A stretch of 64,000 bases of DNA from positions 3,596,001 through 3,660,000 of the forward strand of contig NW_025766980.1 in assembly GCF_003918875.1 (NCBI RefSeq), in the 5' to 3' direction. Positions 26,081 through 38,266 of this stretch are shown here, piece after piece. Source of the DNA: Haliotis rubra (Eukaryota). The position numbers and the translations under genes were made by a program. Below the pieces are notes generated by a model, which did not search any database, was not told the origin of the DNA, and worked only from the letters and a program-made list of their open reading frames with translations. Each line of letters begins with the position of its first letter. The stretch's first letter is position 1.

Positions 26081-26251
26081 AAAGTTAGGTAGCATAACAT
26101 GCTCAACAGCATGTATACAGCCAAGGACTTCTGTCACTACACCTGTTTGATTCTATGTTCACTCTGGCAATGAAATTTCAAGTGCTGAGATGTGTAAAGA
26201 GCCTGCGGTCAGAAAATGACGTTAAGAATGGTTTTGATGTGAATGCATTAA

Positions 26252-27329
26252 AGGTCACATGCAACGTAAAACACAACTTTGCAGATTCTGATACCTTTTG
26301 GTATGGACTTACCGAAGCAAAGCGTCAAAAAATGCAAATTCAACTTATAAAGTTGAAAAATAACGCGATGAAAAAAAACGCGCGAAATCGGAGTTCAAAC
26401 GTTTCACTAATTTTCCCCCAGACTTTTCTGGGGAATACGGGTTTCAACAGCTGGGCTGCGCTCATAGCACGTGCGCAGTGAAATAGGTTCGCGCAACTTG
26501 GAATCGGGCTGTCTGGTGAATACTCGGTGAAGGCTTTGGTGTGAGCTATTTTCATAATGTTTTGTTGATATCTCACAGGCGCGAGCTTTTTATATGTTAT
26601 GACAGTAAATAAACTGTTTATATAATTTCATTTGTCTATTTCACCACACGTTCTTCTTACCGAGTCACTTTCTCAGTTCGATACTTAAAAGCAATGTCAT
26701 TATTTAGCGTTGACAGAATTTCTAACTGTGATATAGATATGTCGCTGTCACAGACAAAACTCAATGTCTTGTTTTATTGACACCTGTGTGTCTGCCTGCC
26801 TGTCTGCTAATGACAATATTCAATACACAACTGCGATCACTGACCACATGCAATTTGAACTTAACACCAATCAGGCTATACACCATAAACAAAACGCGTT
26901 GATTTATGGCCCGAGTTCGGTCTCTGTCACATTATGTAATTACACAGACAGGCAGGTGTGATACTTGAACACATGACATGTTATGATGTCTGTTGATTGC
27001 AAAATGTTATACACAAAAAATGAGCATGTATTTACAAAACCTAACATCTCTATATATACACACACAATGAGCCGTGAAGGCGGCATCTGCTACTGAACCA
27101 GCCGTTACACTTGAGTGCACACCCACCCGCTCTGACTGGGTTCGGTATCCCGGCTGCTTCGTTTCGAGGGAGGTAAACCCAAGTACAAAATATTGCACTT
27201 TTGATTTGCGATTATACGCTTATAATTTTGTTTATTTGTTTTTTCATAATCAGCAATGCATATTATATGTCATGAAGAAGTGATAATTGTGTTTTAATTA
27301 TGTTTGATTTTTTTGGTTGCATGTGACCT
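26252..27329. mobile_element. Kolobok-like non-autonomous DNA transposon, copy 2
   Basis: TTAA TSD; 14-bp TIR AGGTCACATGCAAC; highly similar to 15335-17449 minus the nested insert. Confidence 0.9.
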
Positions 27330-27955
27330 TTAACTAACATGGACCATCCAAAATCAAGATTATAAAGGCCGTCTATAAGAAGAATGTTTGTCTTGCTACG
27401 ATCTTAGTGCTATGGCCAGGTGAGGATATGTTACAATGTCGTGGCCATAATAGATGATACAATTTTGAAGCATTATGGATTTTTTGCAGCTATCTATATA
27501 ACATTTATTTAATGGCTAGTCATACAACTGGCATTCCTGTCTTTAAAGCGAAATTAAACATGGCATACCTACCGACATCAGGCCACTCCAAGGAATTTTA
27601 AAGGGTAGATCCCGTATGCTTAAGGTGACATATGACCACAAGCGAGGCAGTGGAATAAGTAAATGACTTTGAAAAGAATGAAAAGACTTTACTTATTTTA
27701 TTATTCCATTATTATTCATTCGTGATGTTAATACATTGAGTTATAGTTTTGAAAAGTGAACAGAATCATATATCAAGTTCATTTTGTGCACTGATATAAG
27801 CTGTGTCAACAGTCGACTCGCGGTACGTTGATACACATGAACAGCCAATTCACGAATTAACAGCACAGAAATTTCAGCAAATTGTTCTGAGAAAACAGTA
27901 AGGATCGTTTGAAGTATATTTTCATTCCTCTGTTTTTCTTGTTCCAGCAGCGATG

Positions 27956-28444
27956 TTATTTCCCCACTATCTCAGGGGACGATCCGAGATTCAACTCACA
28001 CAGAAAAAATTCTCTGTTTTGACAGTCATTGTCGTCCCACCGGTAGGCCTCTTTCTTGTACAACATTAGACAGAGCTGGGTGACAGCCTTATTTGGGTCC
28101 CCAGGAGCCCACCAGGTATTGGCGATCCGGGTATTTTCAAATCCCCACTGCCACTCGCTGGGTACCAGGTATGTCAAACCACCGATCCAGACACCGTCAG
28201 TCGTTATAGTAGAGTTTTCTCGTATGAGATAACCTTCAAGGAATGTCTGTTCCGAAGCCGTCTTCACGCGAGCCAGGTGGGAGCCTATAGCCTGACAGTA
28301 CACAGCCGCCTCTGCCCACGATGCTTTGACACGGATGAGACTGTAGCAGGAGTCGTCGTGGCGCAGGAAGCCGCTCGGACAGTCACTACAAACCACGTTC
28401 ATAACTGCCAAGAGGACAGTGATACTTATTGATGAGTAAAACAT
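27956..28444 (-). CDS. Perlucin-like C-type lectin, copy 3 (162 aa, DPN/WDD)
   Basis: Signal peptide, CTLD cysteines, WIGG, WDD; ends PEIVGK. Confidence 0.92.
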   Translation of the reverse strand: MFYSSISITVLLAVMNVVCSDCPSGFLRHDDSCYSLIRVKASWAEAAVYCQAIGSHLARVKTASEQTFLEGYLIRENSTITTDGVWIGGLTYLVPSEWQWGFENTRIANTWWAPGDPNKAVTQLCLMLYKKEAYRWDDNDCQNREFFLCELNLGSSPEIVGK

Positions 28445-28566
28445 GTTTTAAGAACATGTGCAAGATACTTCACTGAAAGGAGCAACCGTTCAATATGTTT
28501 GACTCTCTCGAATCGGCGTTATCTTTCATTTGACTTGCAACACAAAGCCTCTACCCGTTTCAAAGC

Positions 28567-28804
28567 TAAGGACTTCATAATTTATGGCGGGTGGGGTGAT
28601 GACTTGCTGACTTGGTATTGATTTACCCCCGCCTTAACACTAATGTACAAAATAAGTTACCCCCCCCTGCATGGCATGTCATGTACTCTCCCCTCCCTCC
28701 CCACATTTCCCATGTTCCTCCTAAGAACAAAATGGGTGAACCCCTCCCTCCCCCCTTAAAATCATCATCACTCCCCCTAGCCATAAACTATGAACGGTCC
28801 CTTA
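28567..28804. mobile_element. Small MITE in the lectin upstream region
   Basis: Imperfect TIRs TAAGGACTTCATAATTTATGG / CCATAAACTATGAACGGTCCCTTA; absent from paralogous upstream regions near 48810 and 51750. Confidence 0.55.
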
Positions 28805-30379
28805 CATTGCTGACTTGGTATTGATTTACACCACCACGAAGAAAAACAGATGCCCCCTGTTTGCTGTGTCAGTCGGCATAACCTACTTATGGTCTAAACC
28901 ATGTCCCTTTCCTTTACCCTTCTATGCAAACTTAAATGTCCCAGGTATAGTTCTGACGCAATGGTAGCAACAGTAAATATGTTACATGTTTTTTAAGTTT
29001 TCTTTCTGAATTTAATATTTAGGGTCACAATCCAAATGACATCATAGGGTATAAACAATATACTTGCATGTACATTGAACTGTTAGCGTTAACATGGCTT
29101 CCTGTAATACCACAGCTCTTAACAGTGGACGCACACATCTTCCTTACAAAGCGAATGGACACCACAGTAATTGTATCCAGCTTTCGCCCACAGTGTTCAT
29201 GCTGCACACATCATATTAATTAATTATAATGTCATAATACATTATATATATCATAGTCTAGATACACACACACACACACACACACAAATTATTTTTTCCA
29301 TAGCAGTGGATACTCGGTTTTATCATTTTGTACCTGTGTCAAATAGGAAAGTCCCTTCTTTTGTGCGCTGCTTTTATCTCTTTGATCATGAAAGATTACT
29401 CTTCTAATAACGTTTTTAATATATCCATGCGTGAGATGTCGTTAACGCATAATGTCTACGCCTAAAATGATCATATCTAATCTATTGAACAGAACAAATA
29501 TTAATGACGCACAGAATGGGTTATTTCTGTGAAGATATCTCTGAGCGGTGATTAAGATTATGTTTCATGTGTTGCCGATAAAAGAAAATTTAATGTATCT
29601 TGTCTGTCATTAGGTGTCCGAAGCAAAACATTTAGTTTCAGAACACCCAGCTGTAAACAAGAATTTACTTTTTGTAAAATCCGAGCCACAATGATGCTCA
29701 AGTTTCGCTTTCCTAAAATGCCAACGACCACCAAGCAGTGCTCACCTTCAAATCTCTTTACATGGCGAGGTTATCATCACTGCCATTCTGTTTTACTTTG
29801 ATGATCAACGCTTTGTTTGGATGTGTATTTATAATCCCACTTTTAGGACATTAATACTAGTATTGTAACAAAACCGTCTTCAGACTACACGTAACTTTGT
29901 TTCTCAATGCAATGGTATGGTCGTCGATGTATTTTTATGTTAAAGAGCGTCGTAGTTTAAGCGCTCGCTCGTCACGCTGAAACCCGGGCAAAATTCTTCA
30001 CATAGGTACAATGTTTGACCTTTTCTGTGGTTTAACTTGGCCAAAAGAGGTGTAAACCCACATCACTCACTTCCTCTGTGCAAACATGATTAATCCATGT
30101 TTTAGGCAGACAGACAGATTTTTATTTGTGGGGCCAATAATACATTTGTAAAACAGAGAATTTATGCTTAACCTGTAACCCGGCTGTGATAGAGTTTATA
30201 GACAACTGTACGAAGAACGTTATTGGGCCATCGTATGGTAAATGTACTGGCATGTTAAAAGGGCCACTGGCTTGCCTATATCGGTTGATTTCGTTGCAGC
30301 TCACAAGACATTTTTACTGAAACAGGCAAGTTTGTAAATAGTTTCATGGTGATGAGTAATTTCGCATGCGTACTATTGA

Positions 30380-30710
30380 TGATGCGATGAAAGTAACAGG
30401 CAATCCGAATGGAAGACAACGTCACCCCACAAGGCCCTGTACACAACAAAAACGCAGCGGAAAACAAACAGCACAGTACTTCAGGGGTAAGACAAAATTC
30501 CAAAATGTTTTTTAAAAAAATGAAGCAAGTTTATGAAGTAAGTGTAAAAAATAAAATTGTTGAAGCGGCAAGAAGCAAAGACTGTCGCTTTCTGCAGATC
30601 GATTTAAAACTATTGTTATCAAAATATAAGAAATACCACAAAATGTATCTGTGAACGAGTTGTATAAATATTTTAAAACGCTCTTAAACCTTGAGGAGCA
30701 ATCCATTTGG
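30380..30710 (+). mobile_element. Decayed LINE ORF2 fragment (region upstream of the RT domain)
   Basis: NSKMFFKKMK and ELYKYFKTLLN-type translation, typical of the endonuclease-RT linker; RT motifs resume on the same strand at 45850. Confidence 0.5.
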
Positions 30711-30876
30711 GAAACACGTTATTTATCAGGGTAATCTAAAGCTTCATTTAATAGATGAAGCCTTAGTCGGACCCTTCCCATTACCATCTACTACCCCTCT
30801 ACAAAGCTTTATTTCACAAATAAGACTTTAGTTGGGGACCCTTACTCATTACCTCTACTATAGTGGTATCTTGCCT

Positions 30877-31865
30877 CTATGTCGTGTTGACAGGAGGTAA
30901 TACTGTGTCATACGGTACAATCAATAATTCTTCTCTTACAAACCCTCTGCCTGGCCCATCCCTCAAGAAATACAAGGTAGGTTCGCCGGCTTTGATGTCA
31001 ACTTTATCTATGTTGTAAGTTTTGACTGACCATATAGGATCAGTGGCTCGTTTCCGGCTATCCCCCTCGTGTTCCCCGGCTGGTATAGATACCTCACTAG
31101 GGACCCTATCTGGTATCTGTTTCTCCTTCCCACGCAATGGAGCAGCCGACTCTGCTATTATTGATTTTAATTTTATAGCGCGTCTGCCGGCTTCTTACCA
31201 GTGAGTCGTGTGATTTCATGATTTATGGCAGACACCACCTTAGGGAGCCGTTCAACCCATTCAGTCGATCGTTTTTCTGGGTTGGTCATTTCTCTCGCAT
31301 ACTGATACCCGAATAAACGCTCAGCCAAAGTCCTATTAAATCTCTCAACTATGGCTTGGCTGCGATGGGCTCCAACCGTGCCACGTCTCACTCGTACTTT
31401 GTGCTTAGTCAGCAACTGTGATACAACACCCATGAACTCCCGACCAGGGTCAACTTGGAGCTCTGTTGGCCACGTTAGTGGACTGCGTTTGTATATGCGT
31501 TCAATGGCTTGAGCTACCTGGGCAGAATCTTTCGTGGTCAATGGTTCAGCTTCCTTATACCGGCTGGCTACATCCACGATAGTCAGGGCATACTTGTAGG
31601 TTTTACGTCTCACCCTGTCGTGAGGTAGGAACAGCAGGTCTGCTTGGTGAACGTTATTAGGTATGTTAATACCAAACTTCCTTCTAGGCACATAGCGTGG
31701 TGGTGGTAAATATATCTGCCAAAGTGCTTGTTTTTCAAGCCATGTTTTGACCTCCTCCGGGGATACTCGAGCCATTTTAGCTAGCTTATCTACAGCGCTA
31801 GCTCCTTTCCAATACCCACGCGGACTATAGTAAATAGCCTCAAACTTTTTCTGGTTCCGTGACAT
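30877..31865 (-). CDS. Retroviral-type (rve/DDE) integrase; one frameshift near 31178
   Basis: HQADL, VDPGREF and VERFNRTL catalytic motifs; continues as ADAIKLKSIIAES...GKEKQIPD after a 2-nt GC indel. Confidence 0.92.
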
Positions 31866-31883
31866 GTCACTATTTATTTATAC

Positions 31884-34800
31884 CTATGTTCTTGGTTCAA
31901 TTTTCTCATGCCCGTACGCGTACGTGTTTATCCCATCAATGGCTATCCAACGTTTGGTATCCATAGGGGATAATGATGTTTTATTTATAGTCAGCCCGTA
32001 TATCCTATGCCCATCACTTCTAAGTGTGTTCATTTTATGTTTAAAGGTACGGGTCTTGAACAGGGCTTCCTTGAATCTGGCGTGTTTGATGTGTTGTTTC
32101 ACCACGTATTTTTTTACACCCTTAGCTTTCCGGATCTCACCATTGTCGGCCTTCAGTATGGAGTACATCTTAGGCCTCAACCCTATGTACTCGGCTATGG
32201 GCGTGCCAGCACACTCGTCCTTCATCTTACCTAGGACCTTTTTATTCACCGTGCTGTGTATGGTATGGTCCTTGGGATAGTCGCTGGTGTCGTACAAATC
32301 GAGGTGTTTTTTCATGTCCTCGTACACGTCCTCGGTTCGAATCTCCATCAGCAGGGAATCCGTGTCAGTGTATAGCACTTCACACCTGTCATCGTACTGT
32401 TTCTTCAGCTCGTTGTAGTAAAAGTCGTACATCAAGTGTTTGGATAAATCGAGGATGCTCATCCCAACGTAAACAGGCCGGTTTAATATTATGTGACTTT
32501 TCTTCATGTGTATGGCAGCCAGGTCGTTATCGAATATCTTACTACGGTTGAATGCAGGGTTAGCGATCAGCTTCCTGAGTTTTTCCTCCTCATTCGACCG
32601 AACCAGCTTCACGTCCACGCGTTTCCTCAGGTTCTCCATCGTCTTACCGAATACCGAGTTGTTCATGAGCTTATAGAAGTTTTTCTCAAAGTCACTGGTG
32701 GCAAGCTTTCGGAGGTCCGTGTTCATTCTGATGTAAGGCTCCATCCATGGGCTCTGGTTGAACTTCAGCACTCTGTGTATTTTGGTCAGTTTCATACCCA
32801 ACGACAGGTACAGCTGCAGGTTGCGATAGTGAACTATGTATTTGGTCTTATTCATTAAGTTAGGCACGAGTTTTTCAACGCCCGTCACCCGCCTATCTAA
32901 CAAGTTATGTTGGTATTCAGACATCCAGTCTGGGTTAACCCTCATACGTTCGGGAGCTAGCGGATAGCTGTTGTGTGATTCGTGTAATGCTTTGGGATAC
33001 TCCAAGTCAACCTCGAGGATATAACCTTTGTTCGAATCCGGCGCGATGCTCATAATATCGAAATCGGATGATACCCATTTGAATCCCCCCTGTTGGTAGA
33101 TACTGACTCATGGCCCATCCGTACAGGTTATTTGCGTCGAGATAGAGAATGTGATTGGTTGGTTTGCTAGGGTCGTAGCCATTCACGTATTGATTATTTG
33201 CTTTAGCGTATCGTTTGGTTGCCATGGAGATCCCACCTCGCAAACCTTTCTCAATGAACAGGTGCATGTCATAATCAGTAAGCAATTCCAACTTAACTCC
33301 GGTCTTTTTAAGCAAGGCATCCCACGACAGGCCTGGGCTGGTGTAATACCATGCTGGATCTAGTTTATACTGCTTGATACATGTCCTCCTAAATGTCTCA
33401 AACACGTCGGCTAATAGTAGTACATCCATCTTCAAGTACAGATCGTGATAGTCACCCAGGTTTTTTACAACCAAGTTTATTCCATACATTAATAGCGTAC
33501 GAGTAATCGTCTTCGGATATTTCCGAGTCTGTCAGATTGCTGTAAAATTCTCTGATGGGAGGTAGTCTGGTCTCGGCGAACTTAGTCCAACTATCCATGT
33601 ACTCATAGGGATACACACCCTTCCTCATAAGCAGAGATCTAGTCTCGGCGTCTGTGTATCGATCGGTGATAGGGAAGGTATCGTTGGCTTTGATCAGGCT
33701 GGCTAATGACGACAATAGAAATTGACACGAGTCAATGAACCTAAGTCCGTCTAAGCTGAAAGAGAGATATTTCTCCATGTTGTTGGGGATGCACGTTATA
33801 TTACCATCGATTTTCGCGATGGCCTGCATGATTAAGTGAGAGTCGTACCCTCTCAAGTTGTGAAAGACAACGGGAATGTTTATTGTTTTAGGGTTGATTC
33901 TAAGCTTGAGGTTACACTCGTTATGAGCGGCGCCTCTATACTTACCGGTTATGTGACAGTGATCTCTCACCGAATCACCGTTCAGTGGTGAGTCACACAC
34001 GTGACAGTTAATGCTACGGGAGTGAGCTAACCTGTCGGCTTGGGTCATACGCATGGGAGCGATTCTATGCAACTTTTCCCTAATAATTTCTTCTTCCTCC
34101 TTCAAACACTTTAGAAACCTTTCAACCGCGTCAGGACCCCTGTACACTACGGGAGATTTCGTTTCACCGTCACAACGGACGACTATGTATCCAAATCCAC
34201 ATGCTTCATGCTCTTGTGTTTTGTATGTGAAGCTCTCACCTGTGGGTAGAGCATTGGGGGTCCCCCCAATATCAACTGGTTTGACCAAGGCTTCAAAGTC
34301 GGCGTATATAATATAAGGAACAGACATTTGGTGCTTGTGGTTGTAGAATTTTAGGATATTGTCACCTTCCTCGGGCATGTCGATGCGTATAGCCGTCTGT
34401 CCCACACCTTGACAATACTCCTGGTGGGATTCTAATAAATCAGCTCGGCTGAAACCGTGCAGACATCGCATACAAAAGTGTTTTTTCCCATTGTGTTTCG
34501 ACTGATCGTGCAACAACCGACTGAAATGTTTTATCCACGTGTAGTGATACTTTTCACCTCGTTGGATCATGAATATATTGATAACACGTTTCCCCACCAA
34601 CGAGCTGAGCCTGTGTATTATTGTTGTGTCGTCTTCGTGTCCAAAGACATTTATAGCTAGATTATTCTGTTTTTCTACTTTAGTGATCTGAGATATGGTG
34701 GTTGGTTCATCTATACCATCCCAGTTGAGTCCATCGTCTTGGGGATAACTAGAAGGCCTGTTCGAATTAGTGTCAGCTGGAAACAAGGCTGATCTGATAG

Positions 34801-35290
34801 CTAATCTCAAGCAATCGTTTCCTCTATTCTTAACGTTTACTATGGCCTGTTTTTTCTTATAGTAGGGAGGCAAGTCTAGGTATGACCCGCCTTTGAACGG
34901 CACGTAGTTAGCTATGTCTAGATAGACAATATCGATTTTATCTACAGCCCACCCGGATCCCAAGTGTGTGTAGCGTTCTAGGTATTCCTGTATCTGCTGA
35001 AAACTAGTATCGATCGATGTGTTTATAGTCTCTATCTGGGTCACGACCTCTTGTACACCTCGGAAGTAAGGCTGAACGTACTCGGTAACATCCCCTACGT
35101 TCTTTTCGAGTGTCATTTTAATTGTGATTTGAAATTTGATACTTCCAAGACTGGCTAGTTCCTGTTTTATTTTATCATCTATCAGGGGCTTAATATCTGA
35201 GACATCTATATTCCTATCAACGCGCATGCGCCAGCCTCTTAAATACTTACCTACAGCGCGCTCAGTGCGTACGAACTGTATAGTATTCAT
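31884..35290 (-). CDS. Protein-primed family B DNA polymerase; two homopolymer frameshifts (~33465, ~33088)
   Basis: Exonuclease motifs YADFE and FHNLRGYD; inserted endonuclease-VII-like RDHCHITGKYRGAAHNECNL; KGVYPYEY; polymerase motifs DANNLYGWAM, KLMNNSVFGK, YTDTDS. Confidence 0.95.
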
Positions 35291-35348
35291 AATTGCGTAC
35301 ACACCTAAGGAATTAATGTCTAATTGGGCCGCCGTAAATGTAAAAAAA

Positions 35349-35650
35349 TCATATATCCTCTCCGTTACCCCAATGAACTATTTTTAGATGGGCTGTTTCG
35401 ATCCAGTGCTCACACTGTTTGATATAGTATTCCTTGAAGTTTAGCAGGTATTCCGATATACTTGTAAAACAATCTATCTGGTGTTGAGTCGTGATGGTCC
35501 CCACACATACGAAGGGACGAGTATACTTAACACCATCTTTAATCCATACCATTTTCAATATTACCTGAAATCTGAAGTTTAGTTTATCTTTGAGTATGTT
35601 TTTTTTACCTGAGATTCTATGTCTTCACTGGGATCAAGTTCCACAAACAT
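35349..35650 (-). CDS. Small viral ORF resembling the N-terminal domain of the adjacent pPolB (frameshift in a T-run near 35600)
   Basis: FQVILKM..YTRPF..FTSISEYL versus pPolB FQITIKM..YVQPYF..FQQIQEYL. Confidence 0.5.
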
Positions 35651-35728
35651 ATCTATACGTAAGTGTGTAATAATCTCTAATTGGGGTCTATCTTGAGAAA
35701 TCGCCTACGTTCTTTTATGTAGGCCTTT

Positions 35729-35929
35729 TTATTCTCGTAGATGAGGTGATGTCTGACTACGTTCGCCCCCGTGAGCTTTACATAAACAATAGTGTCCTTT
35801 GACTCCTATACCACACACAGAACACGAGTAGTTGGGACTTCCCATGTGGAAATAACAGTACCCATGAGTACCGCATACCCTACCACAGGTCTCGGTCTTC
35901 CCCATAAGTATGTATTCACATCTATACAT
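35729..35929 (-). CDS. Small Cys/His-rich (zinc-binding) viral protein
   Basis: C-x9-C-x3-C-x5-C-x2-H and C-x2-C-x10-C-x2-H patterns; AT-rich motif directly before the ATG. Confidence 0.6.
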   Translation of the reverse strand: MYRCEYILMGKTETCGRVCGTHGYCYFHMGSPNYSCSVCGIGVKGHYCLCKAHGGERSQTSPHLRE

Positions 35930-35950
35930 GTTAACATATTTATATGTGTA

Positions 35951-36374
35951 TTAGTCTAATTGCTTCACAACCAAAGCAGTCGCCGCTATACCCAGCGCTA
36001 TGAAGGTCAGTTCACGGTCCATTTGTCCCTTGGATGGTGTGTAGTACTGAGCGAGTGTTGGCTTCTGTAGTGGCTCCAATCGTTTACCAGTTAATAAGTA
36101 GTATTGTCTCGCTGCGTCGTCGACATCGTGGAATGTTTGAACGGCATGGTTTTCACGCCTGAGTTGTTCGTTAATGTAATCGATCCGCTGGAGGCGTTGT
36201 TTAGCGTACTCGGCCTGTGCTATTTGTAAGTTCTCAATAGCGAGATCGTGCCGCTTCCTCTCCGCCTGTATTTCAGCCGCGTGTGACTCTCGTAGTTTAG
36301 AAAGAGAAATTACTCCCGGAAAATGCCAGGGCATTCACTAACGCACCACCGACCATCATAGCAATCGTAGCCAT
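35951..36374 (-). CDS. Viral coiled-coil protein with hydrophobic N- and C-termini (frameshifted)
   Basis: MATIAMMVGGALVNALAFSG joined to SKLRESHAAEIQAERKRHDLAIENLQ...FIALGIAATALVV. Confidence 0.7.
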
Positions 36375-36382
36375 CCTTATAT

Positions 36383-36610
36383 TTATTTCATAATATCTTC
36401 AGGTATTATTCCTTGTTTTACTAGGATGTCTTTTGTGGCCATCGCCATACCAAGGTTCATTATTAGCATACCCATATCCTGCAGGTTGAAATCTAGCTTG
36501 ATAGTTGGTTGTTTAAGCACCATTTTGGTCAACCGAGCGTATCCTACGGCTAGACTGGCGACCACGGTGGCGTGGTATGCGTCGTTGACGAACGTTTTCC
36601 CCTCAGACAT
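36383..36610 (-). CDS. Small hydrophobic viral protein (75 aa)
   Basis: Clean ORF with two hydrophobic helices; TATACATAATG start context. Confidence 0.7.
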   Translation of the reverse strand: MSEGKTFVNDAYHATVVASLAVGYARLTKMVLKQPTIKLDFNLQDMGMLIMNLGMAMATKDILVKQGIIPEDIMK

Positions 36611-36947
36611 TATGTATATGATATAAAAATATATATTTTATTGCATGATATGCGGGTTGACCTCTAATTGTGGGGGAGGGTTTCCCTCCCTGTGTCGTGT
36701 ATATAACCACGAGATAGCCACGGCAGCAGTTGCGCATACAACCAACAAGAGTCGCTCCCGGGTGAGTCACCCTGATAATTTTATGTTGGTTACACCACCG
36801 TTTTTTACCGGCAGCTACTCTCTTAGGATTCTTCTGCCTGGTGACTGTGGGAGGGTTCACAGTCACCTGTGAGGGGGTCTCCTCCAGTTGGGGTGGGGTC
36901 TCCTCTGAAGGGGTCTCCTCCTTGGGGGTCTCCTGTGCAGCATCCAT
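36603..36947 (-). CDS. Viral protein with EETP repeats and basic motif KNPKRVAAGKK (probably frameshifted)
   Basis: Acidic Pro-rich repeats followed by a basic patch; same strand and abutting its neighbours. Confidence 0.55.
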   Translation of the reverse strand: MDAAQETPKEETPSEETPPQLEETPSQVTVNPPTVTRQKNPKRVAAGKKRWCNQHKIIRVTHPGATLVGCMRNCCRGYLVVIYTTQGGKPSPTIRGQPAYHAIKYIFLYHIHNV

Positions 36948-37405
36948 CTATACTATTATTATTATTTTTCCTCTCAAATTGACAATGCTTTGCCGTGATA
37001 ATCGCCGCCGTCACCGGGGCTAACAACATACCGTATTTGTGGTACAGCTCGCAGCTAATAGAGCTCAAGGCGTGTTCGATAAAAGGGTCTTTCTCTAAGT
37101 CTTCCCACAGGTAAAGTCGACGCTCCGGGGGGGATGGGAAGGAAGTATGACGCAATACCAGTGTATATCTGGGTCATAGCCGATCCTATTGTCTTTGTCA
37201 TCTCTGAACCTAGTCTAGTCTCGTATTTAGCGTACAGTTTATCGATTTCTTCGGCTGACATTTTGTGAATTTTATCCGGAGTGTACTCCCCAAAGTAATG
37301 TTTGGCTTTGCCACCAACAGCCAACGCCACCAGTTTCTCTCGCTTATCATCATCCACCTGTATTTGGGGTACCAACAGTTGCTCTAGCAACTCCTCACAC
37401 TCCAT
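36940..37405 (-). CDS. Hypothetical viral protein (frameshift in a G7 run near 37130; 3' end approximate)
   Basis: MECEELLEQLL...YFLPIP joins PERRLYLWEDLEKDPFIEHAL...AKHC. Confidence 0.65.
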
Positions 37406-37526
37406 CCTATAATATGATAAGTAAGTTTTAGTTTTAACAATATAATATACGATATAAGCGAAACACAGAGAAATGAAAGGTTAAGTTGCACACGACGAGC
37501 ACTTCAAATACCATAACTATAACTAA

Positions 37527-37618
37527 ATGCTAAGTATTTATTTAAGCATTGCTAAGCATTGCTAAGCTTTACTAAGCATTGTTAAAATTTACTAAGCATT
37601 GCTAAGCATTGCTAAGCT
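37527..37618. repeat. 10-bp tandem repeat (TGCTAAGCAT-like, about 9 units) inside the virus
   Basis: ...TAAGCATTGCTAAGCATTGCTAAGCTTTACTAAGCATT... Confidence 0.85.
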
Positions 37619-38266
37619 AAAACACACTATAGGCTACTGGTTGGTCTGTCTTAAGCACGAGCTTAGCGTGTTTAGTTTCAGCTAGCTGTTTCTTCACCCG
37701 TTCCCCGTTCTAATTTGCTCATCACATCGTTCTCTCTCAAACACTCTTCGAACGAATCCCTGTCCTTGCAGTGAAATAAGGCAACCCATCGCGTCTGCTC
37801 CCTGAGGTCTTTCAACACCGAGTTGAACTTCTGCGTTAGCACCCAGACGCTGTGCTTTGCGTGTCGGCCTGAAAATGCCAGGTACGATAGCATATCTCTC
37901 TTTTTTGTTATCTCGCGATTAGCGCTGCAGTCGTCCAGTATGAACAACGTCGACTCCCCTTTAAATTTCATATGGTAAGCTTTCAACCAGTCCTGTAGAC
38001 GTGGCCCCGGATCGACTCTGTGTACGTCAGGGTCCGTCATAACCCAAGGTCTTTCCGTGTACGTTTTATTCATGCTCAGAGTAGGACACATGATAACGAT
38101 GTGGTCGAACACATCCCTGTAGTACCCCCTCCAACATATCCAACACGAAAACGGTCTTCCCACAGCCAGTCTGCCCGCACACTATGGCGCAGTGTGGGTC
38201 GCGGGGCAAATCAGTAAATGGCTTGCCGCCAGGCAAATCAGTAAATGGCTTGCACGAATCTCCCAT
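37617..38266 (-). CDS. A32/FtsK-HerA-type genome-packaging ATPase (two frameshifts)
   Basis: Walker A GQTGCGKT, Walker B LFILDD, GRHAKHSVWVLTQ arginine-finger/sensor motif. Confidence 0.9.

Noticed and set aside
33007-33489. Programmed ribosomal frameshifting in pPolB and other viral genes
   Set aside because: There are too many breaks in mixed directions, mostly in homopolymers; sequencing error or mutation is more parsimonious
31864-34660. Plus-strand ORFs antisense to pPolB (and similar antisense ORFs over the lectins, zinc finger and capsid genes)
   Set aside because: Shadow ORFs of real coding sequence with no recognisable motifs
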